Shown piece by piece: positions 9,923 to 18,991 of a DNA stretch of 64,000 nucleotides (position 1 is its first letter; each line of letters opens with the position of its first letter). The notes under the pieces are model-generated. The model was not told the DNA's origin. It did not search any database and saw only the letters and a list, made by a program, of their open reading frames with translations. This DNA comes from Candidatus Bathyarchaeia archaeon (GTDB lineage Archaea; Thermoproteota; Bathyarchaeia; Bathyarchaeales; Bathycorpusculaceae). The stretch spans positions 224,001 to 288,000 of the forward strand of contig JBEKSS010000001.1 in the NCBI GenBank assembly GCA_049516875.1, written 5' to 3'. The position numbers were made by a program, and so were the translations under genes.

Positions 9923-10183
9923 TTGTGTGGTCCTAACTTGGAAAGCGGTCAGCGCAAGTTTACTTTAGAAGAGTTGAAGCAGTATGACGGTAAGGAGGGC
10001 AGGCCTGCCTACATTGCCTACAAAGGCAAGGTCTATGATGTCACGGACAACTTTTTGTGGATAGATGGAGATCATCAGGGTGAACATGCGGCGGGCAAAG
10101 ATTTGACCGGAGCAATGGCAAACGCTCCTCACGGCGAAGAATACCTCGAAAGAGTCAAACTCATCGGCGTGCTCGTCCCCTAA
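9923..10183 (+). CDS. Cytochrome b5-like heme/steroid-binding protein
   Basis: FTLEELKQYDGKEGRPAYIAYKGKVYDVT...HAAGKDLT...APHG. Confidence 0.9.
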   Translation: MCGPNLESGQRKFTLEELKQYDGKEGRPAYIAYKGKVYDVTDNFLWIDGDHQGEHAAGKDLTGAMANAPHGEEYLERVKLIGVLVP

Positions 10184-10465
10184 CTTCAAGAGACCGCGGC
10201 ATCGACCCGTCTCTAAACTCGCAGCCCAGAAACCCGTTGAAACTTCCTTCCGTAAATCCCATACAACATACACGCACACGGCGAGAGTGCATGAGAAGTA
10301 TTTGTTAAATTTAGTGAGCAGCGAGCACTAGGCCTTACAACGACTCTCTGGACGATTTGTTGCCTCGGCGTTTATATGATTCCCTGTCCATTTGGTTTCA
10401 ATGATGTTTTTCCTTGCAGACAGACTTTTTAGTTGGTTTCGCCATCTACGAGTATTCGTGGTTGC

Positions 10466-10813
10466 ATGGCTGATAAAATTGAGGTTTACATTAGGAATGA
10501 AGAGGTTGTAACCGGTGAGGCTGTCTATGGGAAAGTCGTTGCAGAACACGGATGCCCTGTCGTAAGAGGTGTCAAAACTGAAAAAGTCATGCCTGAAGCC
10601 GATAGAACGGCTCTCGACGTTGTAAACCGTTTCGCAGATGACAAGGGATTGCAAGTCGAAATCTGCAGCCTCGGCACGTTTACTGGAAGATTGAAGGCTA
10701 GGCAGAAGGGGGTTAAGACGACACCCACGATAGTGATTGGCAAGTTCAGAATTGAAGGAGAACTCACTCCAGAACTGTTAAGAAGCAAGTTAGAATTAGC
10801 CTTGAAAGAATAG
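10466..10813 (+). CDS. Thioredoxin-fold-like hypothetical protein
   Basis: GVKTTPTIVIG cis-Pro-type motif, no CxxC. Confidence 0.6.
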   Translation: MADKIEVYIRNEEVVTGEAVYGKVVAEHGCPVVRGVKTEKVMPEADRTALDVVNRFADDKGLQVEICSLGTFTGRLKARQKGVKTTPTIVIGKFRIEGELTPELLRSKLELALKE

Positions 10814-10881
10814 TCTGAGTTACGGCTCGTTTCGACAGCTACGGGAATGAGGGTAGTGGGGAAAGTAGCGGGTTGAGAGGA

Positions 10882-10971
10882 GAAAGTTTGGTTTTGGATA
10901 AAACTGTACCGCACTACTCAAGTCATTCACACACGGGTAAAGTTTAGGTTTGGGATAAAACTTTACCCCAC
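10882..10971. repeat. Tandem imperfect ~32-bp repeat containing an 11-bp inverted repeat
   Basis: AAAGTTTGGTTTTGGATAAAACTGTACCGCAC and AAAGTTTAGGTTTGGGATAAAACTTTACCCCAC. The second copy forms GGGTAAAGTTT-N12-AAACTTTACCC. Confidence 0.7.
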
Positions 10972-11173
10972 CAACCAACCACTACCACAACCCACACCGC
11001 AACCTCTGCCTATCTGCACTCCTGCCACTGCACCTACCACTCCTCCTATACCTACCTATACCAGCACACACACGCACGCACACGGCGAGTGTGTGAGTGA
11101 AGCGCGCGTCTCCGAACGGCGAGGTCACCAGGTCTCTCCAAAATCCCCATTTTTATCTTTACTGAGGCGCACG

Positions 11174-11938
11174 CTACTCTTCAGAAATAGTCTCTATGAT
11201 AGCTTTCAAGAGGACCTCTGTGCTCTCTCTGACTGACTGGTCTCCAAAAGCTAGCTGCCACCCATTCTCAGTCAAGATATCAGAGATAACCTGCGCTGAA
11301 GCAGCCCTAACATTCCTGTATTTCGCAATTGCGAAAACAGCCGACGTCTCCATGTCCACCGCCAAGATTCCGGTTTCTTTGAACTTTCGAAGTTTTCCTC
11401 GGGTTTCTCTATAAGCTCCATCAGTCGACCAGACAGGGCCAATGAAGTGTCTGATTCTCTTCTCCTTCAGATGCTCAACTAGCTTGTCTCTAAGTGGAAT
11501 GTCGGACTCAACTTCCACTTCTGGTGAGAAATAATGGTGTGAGGTTCCCTCATCGCGAATCGCTCCAGTTACGACAACAATGTCGCCTGGTTGAAGGTAA
11601 GACTGTATTCCACCTGAGACGCCAACTTCAAAAACAGTCTTTGCACCACATGCGATGGCTTCCTCCAACGTGAAACCGGCTGCAGGAGCTCCTATCCAGA
11701 AGCGGCCAACTCCGACTTCTAAGCCGTCTACCTGTCCAACGCAGAAAGGCTGGCTTTCACCATAAAGCCATTCAACGCATTTTCCTTTGATCAGGTTTCT
11801 TGCACATTCAAACGTGCTTCTCTGGTAAGTCAATACAAGGCGCTGAGGGATTCCTAGCGATTCTATCGAGACCTTTTTGCTTTTGGCAGCATAGCTGACG
11901 ACATCAGATGGCTTGGAAACGGACTCGTCGTCGCTCAA
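11174..11938 (-). CDS. Nucleoside phosphorylase (PNP/UDP family)
   Basis: IGAPAA, AIRDEGTSHHY, WSTDGAYRET, VDMETSA. Confidence 0.92.
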   Translation of the reverse strand: MSDDESVSKPSDVVSYAAKSKKVSIESLGIPQRLVLTYQRSTFECARNLIKGKCVEWLYGESQPFCVGQVDGLEVGVGRFWIGAPAAGFTLEEAIACGAKTVFEVGVSGGIQSYLQPGDIVVVTGAIRDEGTSHHYFSPEVEVESDIPLRDKLVEHLKEKRIRHFIGPVWSTDGAYRETRGKLRKFKETGILAVDMETSAVFAIAKYRNVRAASAQVISDILTENGWQLAFGDQSVRESTEVLLKAIIETISEE

Positions 11939-12152
11939 TTCTCTCTCTACCCTTGCACTAATCTATCTGGTATGGTTCAGCTATATCCTTTCCGTACCAC
12001 TCCGCTGCGAACACCTGCTGTTTTGTCCAAGCAAAACATGAACAATCCCCTTTTCTTCTTAGCAACATGGCTTCAAACTGAAAACCACATATTTTTGCGA
12101 GAATTTCCCTAGGAAGAGCCTGTTGGACGCATAACATACGTGCCATGTTCTA

Positions 12153-12210
12153 GGTGCGGGGGGTGGGATTCGAACCCCCGCCACAGTGGCGACGTCTCCC
12201 GCAAAATCCC
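12153..12210 (-). repeat. tRNA-Leu 3'-end att scar, copy 3, plus arm
   Basis: GGTGCGGGGGGTGGGATTCGAACCC followed by the AGTGGCGACGTCTCCCGCAA arm motif. Confidence 0.8.
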
Positions 12211-12389
12211 TTTTTTCTTTTTTGCAGAAATAAATTGAGCCAACCAACTACGCCACGAACATTCGATGAAGCCTCCGAAAATGCGGGTGCTCTTTTTTTT
12301 GAGAACGATAGATTGAAATCGCACCTCTAATCATTTAGAATTGTTGGACGTGGTGTAAGCTGAATTCTAAGCTTCCGGCCGAGCCAATT

Positions 12390-15065
12390 TTGGTGGGCAG
12401 GGACCAAGAAATCAAACAGTTTACACAATACTTTGACTCTGCCATGAGGGGAAAGGGAGCCACCATATTCGCTTGTGGTGAGGCGGGAGTCGGAAAGACA
12501 AGACTGGTCAATGAGTTTTTGAACCAAGCAAAGAAAAAAGGAGCAAAAATTCTTCAGGGCTATTGCTTGAGCGAGGTGGACATACCCTACTTTCCTTTTA
12601 CAGAGGCATTTAACACCTATATGTCAGCGATGAGTGATGAAAAGGCGAAATCCTCCGTGACAAAGCAGCTGGGAATTACAGGATGGCTGAGAGGGTCTGG
12701 AATCACACGTGAAGCGAAAGCAAGTGAACTCTTTTCAACTCCAGAAATAGAACGAGACAGAACGTTTGAGGCAGTGGCAAGAGTTCTCCTTCAGCTGTCC
12801 ACTCAAGAACCATTAATCCTGTTTCTGGATGACTTGCAGTGGGCAGACCACCTAAGCTTGGCTATACTTCACTACTTGGCAAGGAAGTGTAGAAACTCTC
12901 GGCTTCTCATAATCGGCACGTATAGACCAGAAGACCTTGTTCACACTAAAGAAGAGAAACTCCATCCACTAGAAGAAATCATGTTTTCGATGAGTCGAGA
13001 AGACCTATTGGTTAAAATGGAGTTGAAACGCTTAAGGCGAAACGATTTCCCAGACTTTTTACGGTCAATCTTTCACTCTTCATTGGATGAAGCATTCGTA
13101 GAAAAACTGTATGAGGAAACTGAAGGCAACCCTTTTTTTGCGGTTGAGACGCTAAACCTCCTTGTAGAAGAAGGTTTCCTTTCAGAAAAAGAGGGTCGCT
13201 GGATGCTAATGGCTCCAACGGAGAAAATCGGAATACCTTCAAAGGTTCACGATGTCATCATTCGGAGAATCGCGAGACTCGAACGAGAAGAAAGAAAACT
13301 ATTGGACCTCGCCGCAGTCTGCGGTCATTCCTTCACTCCAGACACCCTAAGCAGAACCTTAGCTCTAGACATAGCCGATGTTCTGCAAGAACTGGTGGAG
13401 ATTGAACAGAGACACCGACTAATACGCTCCACTGACACAACATTTGAATTCACACACCAAAAAATAAGAGAAGTCATATACTCAAACTTGCCAGGCGAGT
13501 TAAGGAGAGTATACCATCTCAAAACGGCAAATTGCCTCGAACAAGCCCTCACCGAAAGAACTTCAGACGGTTACATAGCTGACATAGCCCTTCACTACGT
13601 CGAAGGAGCAGCTCCAGAGAAAGCGTTCGAATATCTTCTCAAACTTGGCGAAAAAGCTGTAAACATCTTTGCAAACATGCAAGCAATAGATTATCTAGAC
13701 AAGGCATTAGAAGCCACACAGAAAAATGCAAACCTTGCCCAGGGTGAAAATCTTGTTGAAATCTACAAGCTCAGAGGCAGAGCTTGGCTGAGTCAAGGAG
13801 AAATGGCAAAAGCTAGCAACGATTTCAATTTGTTGCTACAAAATGCTACTTCCATCGGTGATGAATCAATGATTGCAGAAGCGCACTATTGGCTAGGTTA
13901 TGCTCTAACGGGGCTAGGAAAAATAGATGAGGCTAAGCTACATCTTACAAGAGCGCTGGAAATCGCGCGAAAGATAGGCAATAAACACGTTGAAGCTGGA
14001 AGTCTACTTCAACTTGTCGAATCGCTCTTTGTATACGCAGACACCATGGAAGAAGCTCTTATGCAAATTGAAGAGTCGCTTAGAATATGTAGAGAGATAA
14101 CGGACAGAGTCCTCGAAGCCAAATGCCTCGGTTACCTCGGATTCTACTATGACTGGAAAGGCGAGTTCAAGCAAGCCAAAAAAAACATCAATGAGGCGTT
14201 GGCGTTAGCTGAGGAAATGGACGATAACCCCGGAAAAATGTGGGCATTATTGCTTTCGGGCATGGTTCATGCTGGTGAAGGGGAATACGATGATGCCATT
14301 TCAATCTTACAAAGATGTCTCCAACTCTCCCGAGATTGGGGCATTGTTTTTTTCGTTCCGCGAGCCCTCAATGTCCTCGGTTGGATTTATCATGACTTAG
14401 GAGACATCGAATTTGCAATTAAATACAACAACGAAGGACTAAAAATTACCAGAATACACCAAGAGAGTATGGGCATATCCGGAGTGCAGCTAGCTTGTTT
14501 AGTAAATCTAGGAATGGACTATCTACACAAGAACGATTATGGAAATGCAAAGAAGTACTTCCAAGAAGCAAACAGCGTGATTCATTTACATCCAATGGCT
14601 AAGTGGCGTTTCGAAACTCGTATACTTCTAGGTCTCGTTGAAATATCACTCGCTGAGGGCGATTATTCACAAGCACTAAAATTCGGTGAAGACTCTTTAG
14701 CCATATCTGAAAAGGCAGGCGCCAAAAAATACATATCCAAAAGTTTGAAGTTAAAAGCTGAAATACTCGCAAAAATGGGCAAAACCGAGGAAGCAATCGA
14801 GCTAATGCAGAACGCCTTGAAATTTGCACAAGAGGTTGGCAACCCACCGCTCCTTTGGCAAACACATTATTCTCTCGGGCTTTTGCTCGAAAAACAAGGT
14901 AACCTACAAAAAGCCAATGAACACTATGCCCAGGCCATAGCCCGCATGGAAGAGACAGCATCAAAACTCAAAGATGAATCCCTTAAGAACAGTCTGTTAA
15001 CGGCTCAACAGACAAAGGCAATATACGACGCTTACGCCAAAACAAAACCGACTTCTAACACCTAA
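12390..15065 (+). CDS. STAND-type (AAA_16) ATPase with C-terminal TPR repeats
   Basis: VGRDQE, Walker A GEAGVGKT, Walker B LFLDDLQWAD, TEGNPFF, FTHQKIRE and a long TPR array. Confidence 0.92.
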   Translation: MVGRDQEIKQFTQYFDSAMRGKGATIFACGEAGVGKTRLVNEFLNQAKKKGAKILQGYCLSEVDIPYFPFTEAFNTYMSAMSDEKAKSSVTKQLGITGWLRGSGITREAKASELFSTPEIERDRTFEAVARVLLQLSTQEPLILFLDDLQWADHLSLAILHYLARKCRNSRLLIIGTYRPEDLVHTKEEKLHPLEEIMFSMSREDLLVKMELKRLRRNDFPDFLRSIFHSSLDEAFVEKLYEETEGNPFFAVETLNLLVEEGFLSEKEGRWMLMAPTEKIGIPSKVHDVIIRRIARLEREERKLLDLAAVCGHSFTPDTLSRTLALDIADVLQELVEIEQRHRLIRSTDTTFEFTHQKIREVIYSNLPGELRRVYHLKTANCLEQALTERTSDGYIADIALHYVEGAAPEKAFEYLLKLGEKAVNIFANMQAIDYLDKALEATQKNANLAQGENLVEIYKLRGRAWLSQGEMAKASNDFNLLLQNATSIGDESMIAEAHYWLGYALTGLGKIDEAKLHLTRALEIARKIGNKHVEAGSLLQLVESLFVYADTMEEALMQIEESLRICREITDRVLEAKCLGYLGFYYDWKGEFKQAKKNINEALALAEEMDDNPGKMWALLLSGMVHAGEGEYDDAISILQRCLQLSRDWGIVFFVPRALNVLGWIYHDLGDIEFAIKYNNEGLKITRIHQESMGISGVQLACLVNLGMDYLHKNDYGNAKKYFQEANSVIHLHPMAKWRFETRILLGLVEISLAEGDYSQALKFGEDSLAISEKAGAKKYISKSLKLKAEILAKMGKTEEAIELMQNALKFAQEVGNPPLLWQTHYSLGLLLEKQGNLQKANEHYAQAIARMEETASKLKDESLKNSLLTAQQTKAIYDAYAKTKPTSNT

Positions 15066-15091
15066 GGAAAAGCGACCCCAAATTTGCAGGG

Positions 15092-15150
15092 TGGTGCGGG
15101 GGATGGGGTTTGAACCCGTCTCCGAGTGGCGATGCCTCCCGAAATCCGCC
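15092..15150 (-). repeat. tRNA-Leu 3'-end att scar, copy 4 (with CCA), plus arm
   Basis: Shares GGTGCGGGGGATGGGGTTTGAACCCGTCTCCGAGTGGCGATG with copy 1. Confidence 0.85.
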
Positions 15151-15332
15151 ATCACATGACCGTTTTCTTCTGAGAAAAGAAAGGTCAAACTGGCTTAAAA
15201 GGACCGATAGAGGATAATTCTACAATTTTCTCCCATTTACTCGGAAGCAGTTCCCTTTGCTTTTTCTGTGTATTTTACAACACCCAGTTCTTCGTATATT
15301 TCCAACAAGTTTGAGGCTCCCCAATTAAGCTG

Positions 15333-16001
15333 TTATTTTAACTCAAAAGTATGGACAGTCTTGAGTTTTGGATGTTTCTTGAATAAATGAGCGTTCACTA
15401 GCTCTATGGAATCAACAGTCATTTTTCCAAACTCTGTATCCCTCAGCTTTTCTAGGTAGCTGATTAGTCTGGTGAAATCTTCTTTCTTCTGAAAATGCAT
15501 TATGCTGATGTGAGGCAAAAAACTTGGATAATCAAATTTCCTCTTTCTTATCTCGGGTATTGCCTGCAGTCTTCTATGTATCTCTTCAATCTTGTCCCCA
15601 TCATGAACCTCCACAAAGACAACATCTGGGAAAATGTTGAGTTTAGAAAGGAATACATCAAATTTGCTGAATTGTTGTAAAACTTCTTTCGCTTGATTGA
15701 TTATTCTCTGCAAGTTCTCAACCAAAATATCGTCTTCATATTCTTCTGATTTTGCCAAGAATCCAAGCCCCATTACAGATATGTGAAAATAGTCTTTCGG
15801 GAAGGGAGCAACACAAGAAATAGTGGATAGCCACCTCTGAATCTCAACTATCTTCTCAATCAGTCCCGCATCTCTAATCCTTACATGAAAAGTCAGATAT
15901 TGATTTCTTCCTTTAGCCCATTCATTGTCAACCCAATATTTCGTTAGATTCAATTGGACGTTCTTTCTTCTTTCCCAAACATCTGTAAATCTGTCGCTCA
16001 T
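15333..16001 (-). CDS. 2H phosphoesterase (2'-5' RNA ligase/LigT-like)
   Basis: Two HxS motifs: YFHISV and LPHISI. Confidence 0.85.
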   Translation of the reverse strand: MSDRFTDVWERRKNVQLNLTKYWVDNEWAKGRNQYLTFHVRIRDAGLIEKIVEIQRWLSTISCVAPFPKDYFHISVMGLGFLAKSEEYEDDILVENLQRIINQAKEVLQQFSKFDVFLSKLNIFPDVVFVEVHDGDKIEEIHRRLQAIPEIRKRKFDYPSFLPHISIMHFQKKEDFTRLISYLEKLRDTEFGKMTVDSIELVNAHLFKKHPKLKTVHTFELK

Positions 16002-16258
16002 ACATTCAATTGACAGTCTTTCTTACCTAAAGTCTTTTTGAACTATGCGGTTCAGCTATAACTTTTCCGCAAAATCGAAAGTTCTTTTAGGACTCGGTGA
16101 CACTCTTCTCGTAAGACAAAGATGGAAACCTGAAAATTAACCAGTTGGTTAAAAAATGGCACATGCAGTTAACGCGCGCGCCTGCTCATGGCGGGGTGCC
16201 ACTGGCCATGGCGATGGCACTGGAGGTGTGTAGGTCTTACGGAGCTCCGCTTTATGGC

Positions 16259-16987
16259 CTATTGCGAGGGTCGTTTTGAGCCAGGCTTCGGCAGGAAGCA
16301 TGTCTCCGTAGCCAATGACCCATATATCTTCTTGATAAGTCGCAACCCCGATTTGCGATCCAGGCCCGGCTTCCAGCACCTTGCCAACAGGTCCCGTGCT
16401 TTCATGTCTCCGTAGCCAATCGCCCAAGCGTCACACTCGGCCTGAGATCCCAGTACGTCTATGTCAGCAATCTTCTGGACCCCGTCGTCAAACCCTCCGA
16501 GGAGAACGAAGAGAGCAAGCGGTCGGTTGACCGTGCTCACCGCGTGCTCGTGGAGGATGCCCCGAATCCTGTGTGCTGCATCCCTGAATGTCTGGATGTC
16601 CTCGCTCGTAAGCACATCATGAACATGGAACATGTCTCCCTTATTGCCAGTGGCCACGAACGCCAGCGATTGGGCTACGTGCCAGACCGAAGGAATCTCG
16701 CTCCTCAATCCTGGCTTGACAGAAGCTTTCCCTTTGGCTATGAGCAGCCCATCCGTCGTCTTCATCGCGATAGCGAGGTTGCCGCCTGATGGACACTTCC
16801 GTGCCCACTCCACCTGGAGCAGTCTCCCCTCTGGCGTGAACATGCCGGGCTTGGCAAACTCCGAGCTCTCGGGAAGCGGCTGGTATTTGCTCGGCGTTCC
16901 AATGCATGGTTTTGCCCTAGCCATCGAACTCACCTGTTGAATGAATGCGCGATGCGTTATTTCAAGCTTTTTCTGCCATCCTTCCAC
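16259..16987 (-). CDS. Divergent proteasome alpha-subunit-like protein, possibly 5'-truncated
   Basis: MFTPEGRLLQVEWA...AIAMKTTDGLLIA matches the alpha N-terminal signature. RPLALFVLLGG and AWAIGYG also match. The segment is visibly more GC-rich than its flanks. Confidence 0.75.
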   Translation of the reverse strand: MEGWQKKLEITHRAFIQQVSSMARAKPCIGTPSKYQPLPESSEFAKPGMFTPEGRLLQVEWARKCPSGGNLAIAMKTTDGLLIAKGKASVKPGLRSEIPSVWHVAQSLAFVATGNKGDMFHVHDVLTSEDIQTFRDAAHRIRGILHEHAVSTVNRPLALFVLLGGFDDGVQKIADIDVLGSQAECDAWAIGYGDMKARDLLARCWKPGLDRKSGLRLIKKIYGSLATETCFLPKPGSKRPSQ

Positions 16988-17091
16988 ACCAAACTGTCTT
17001 TCTCCCGCGCGCGCAAAATCGAGAAAAACCCAGACGGCTTCATAACCGTGAGAAAGGAGGCTTAAACACGGCCTCTTTTTCTTTTTTTAAG

Positions 17092-17286
17092 ATGAGTTTC
17101 AAGAAGCCGCAGGTTATGCTTATGCTTTCCATTGCCGTGTTGATGTTCGCTCTTGACTGGCTTTTTCTTTGGATAGACGATTTGCAGAGACTCAAGAAAG
17201 GAAGGTTAGTCATCAGCGCGCACAAAGGAATGGCGCTTACAATAGAGAAAAATGCGGATAACTCTGCAACCATTCACAAAGCCTAA
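17092..17286 (+). CDS. Small membrane protein (hypothetical)
   Basis: One hydrophobic helix. The start is uncertain. Lies between GCGCGC sites 17007 and 17356. Confidence 0.35.
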   Translation: MSFKKPQVMLMLSIAVLMFALDWLFLWIDDLQRLKKGRLVISAHKGMALTIEKNADNSATIHKA

Positions 17287-17448
17287 GACCCTTCTTTTTT
17301 TGCAACCTCTACATTTTTCAGTCAATCTAACCCTAGCCCCTATACTCCTTTCCTTGCGCGCTAGACATTGAATCCAAAAGCACAGAGCAACCAGAATAAT
17401 TGTTTAAATATGGATTATGTGCAATGAAGATAAAGAGGGACGCGGTTA

Positions 17449-18150
17449 TTGCCCTTCGATGACGCCTTGACTGTTGCAATAATCACGGTAGCGGTGATCA
17501 TCGCTTGTTTAATCGTTGTTTTTTCCATGCGAAGGCGAGGAAAAAAGGAGAAAAAAGCCGCCGAAGAGGAACTGCAGGCTGATCTTAGGGGTTACCCGTT
17601 TAAAGTCAGCAAAAGCGTCCCTGCCGAGGATGCTTCACACGCCAAGGAAGAACTCCGGATATTGGATTTAGAGAGGGAGATTCTAAGCGACGCGATCAGG
17701 CGGCTTTATGAAGCACACGCGGAAGGAAAAATAACGGAAGAAGAGAGAGAAAGGCTTGCACAGACGTACAAGTCTCGAATGATGACGGTGAAGGACGCCA
17801 TTTCGAAAGACGAGTCTGTCGTGGCTTTGCACGAGCTTGAAAACATGCAGCAGGACTTGATGAAACTGTTCAGCGAACGATTCGACGAACTGAGCTCAAA
17901 AATCGAAGAGTTGCGGACAAAGACCGAAATCAAATCGATAAAAGAAATAACCATCGCTTCAAAAGCGTTGACAACGGAAACCCCTGCTTCTGAAGAAAAA
18001 CCAGGGGAAGAAGAGAAGGTCAAAAAGAAGAAGAAACCAGCGCCAGCCAAACCCAGTCCGAGAACAGAAGCAGAGAAAAGAATAGAAGAAATCAGAGCCG
18101 AAGTAGAAAAGGTCCTGGACAAACTGGGGCAGATGGAAATTGAATCCTAA
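17449..18150 (+). CDS. Membrane-anchored coiled-coil hypothetical protein
   Basis: N-terminal TM helix, E/K-rich heptads, overlaps the rpiA start. Confidence 0.8.
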   Translation: MPFDDALTVAIITVAVIIACLIVVFSMRRRGKKEKKAAEEELQADLRGYPFKVSKSVPAEDASHAKEELRILDLEREILSDAIRRLYEAHAEGKITEEERERLAQTYKSRMMTVKDAISKDESVVALHELENMQQDLMKLFSERFDELSSKIEELRTKTEIKSIKEITIASKALTTETPASEEKPGEEEKVKKKKKPAPAKPSPRTEAEKRIEEIRAEVEKVLDKLGQMEIES

Positions 18151-18862
18151 ACAAGACTGGGTTGAAAAAGCCAAGAAAAGCGCCGCCCTAGAAGCTGTAA
18201 AACATGTCAAAGACGGCTTCACAGTCGGGCTGGGAAGCGGAACCACAGCCGCCTACGCTATCGAAGAAATCGGAAAAAAGATGAAACGCGAAAAGCTGCG
18301 CGTTCAGGGCGTTCCAACATCATACCAAGCCTTCATGCTCGCCGTACAACACGGAATCCCAGTAACAACCCTTGAGGAACAGCCCATACTGGATTTGACA
18401 ATTGACGGAGCAGACCAGATAGACCCAGAACTGAACCTCATCAAAGGCATGGGCGGAGCACTCGCACGTGAAAAAATCGTTGCCTCCGCATCGAAAAAAC
18501 TGATCATAATCGCCGATGAAAACAAGAAAGTCAAGGCTCTAGGAGAAAACAATCACCCAGTGCCCATAGAAGCACTGCCCTTTGCAGCTTCATTTGTAAT
18601 GAAAAGAATAAGAGAAATGTACGGAACACCTGTTTTAAGGGAAGGAAAGGGGAAAGTCGGACCAGTCATAACGGACAACGGAAACGTCATCATCGACGCT
18701 GACTTTGGACTTGTGCACAAGCCGACAGAGTTGGAACGCAAACTGAGGCCCATGCCAGGAATTGTAGAAACCGGTCTATTTGTCAATATGGCAGACATAG
18801 CATACATAGGAAAACATTCCAACGTCGAGAAACTAACAAAAAAGCAGGCCCAAGATTTCTAG
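18140..18862 (+). CDS. rpiA: Ribose-5-phosphate isomerase A
   Basis: VGLGSGTT, IDGADQ, IKGMGGALAREK, TDNGN, PGIVETGLF. Confidence 0.97.
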   Translation: MNPKQDWVEKAKKSAALEAVKHVKDGFTVGLGSGTTAAYAIEEIGKKMKREKLRVQGVPTSYQAFMLAVQHGIPVTTLEEQPILDLTIDGADQIDPELNLIKGMGGALAREKIVASASKKLIIIADENKKVKALGENNHPVPIEALPFAASFVMKRIREMYGTPVLREGKGKVGPVITDNGNVIIDADFGLVHKPTELERKLRPMPGIVETGLFVNMADIAYIGKHSNVEKLTKKQAQDF

Positions 18863-18991
18863 CAGGTAATATTCGCACCCACCAACAAAACCCTGAATTA
18901 TATTCGACCCAAGTAGCAAACGCTTGACAAGACAATGGCATAAATAACCTTAAATCAACCCTTCCCAAACAAAATAGCCAAGAAACACACC

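Noticed and set aside
12390-15065. Assigning the STAND protein to a named Avs antiviral system
   Set aside because: It has no effector domain, and its motifs resemble the widespread AAA_16/adenylate-cyclase-associated class.
3951-15150. tRNA-like repeats as a CRISPR array or trans-spliced split tRNA halves
   Set aside because: Spacing is kilobases and irregular, and no cas genes are present. The fragments are degenerate, lack complementary leaders, and one abuts an integrase, so att scars fit better.
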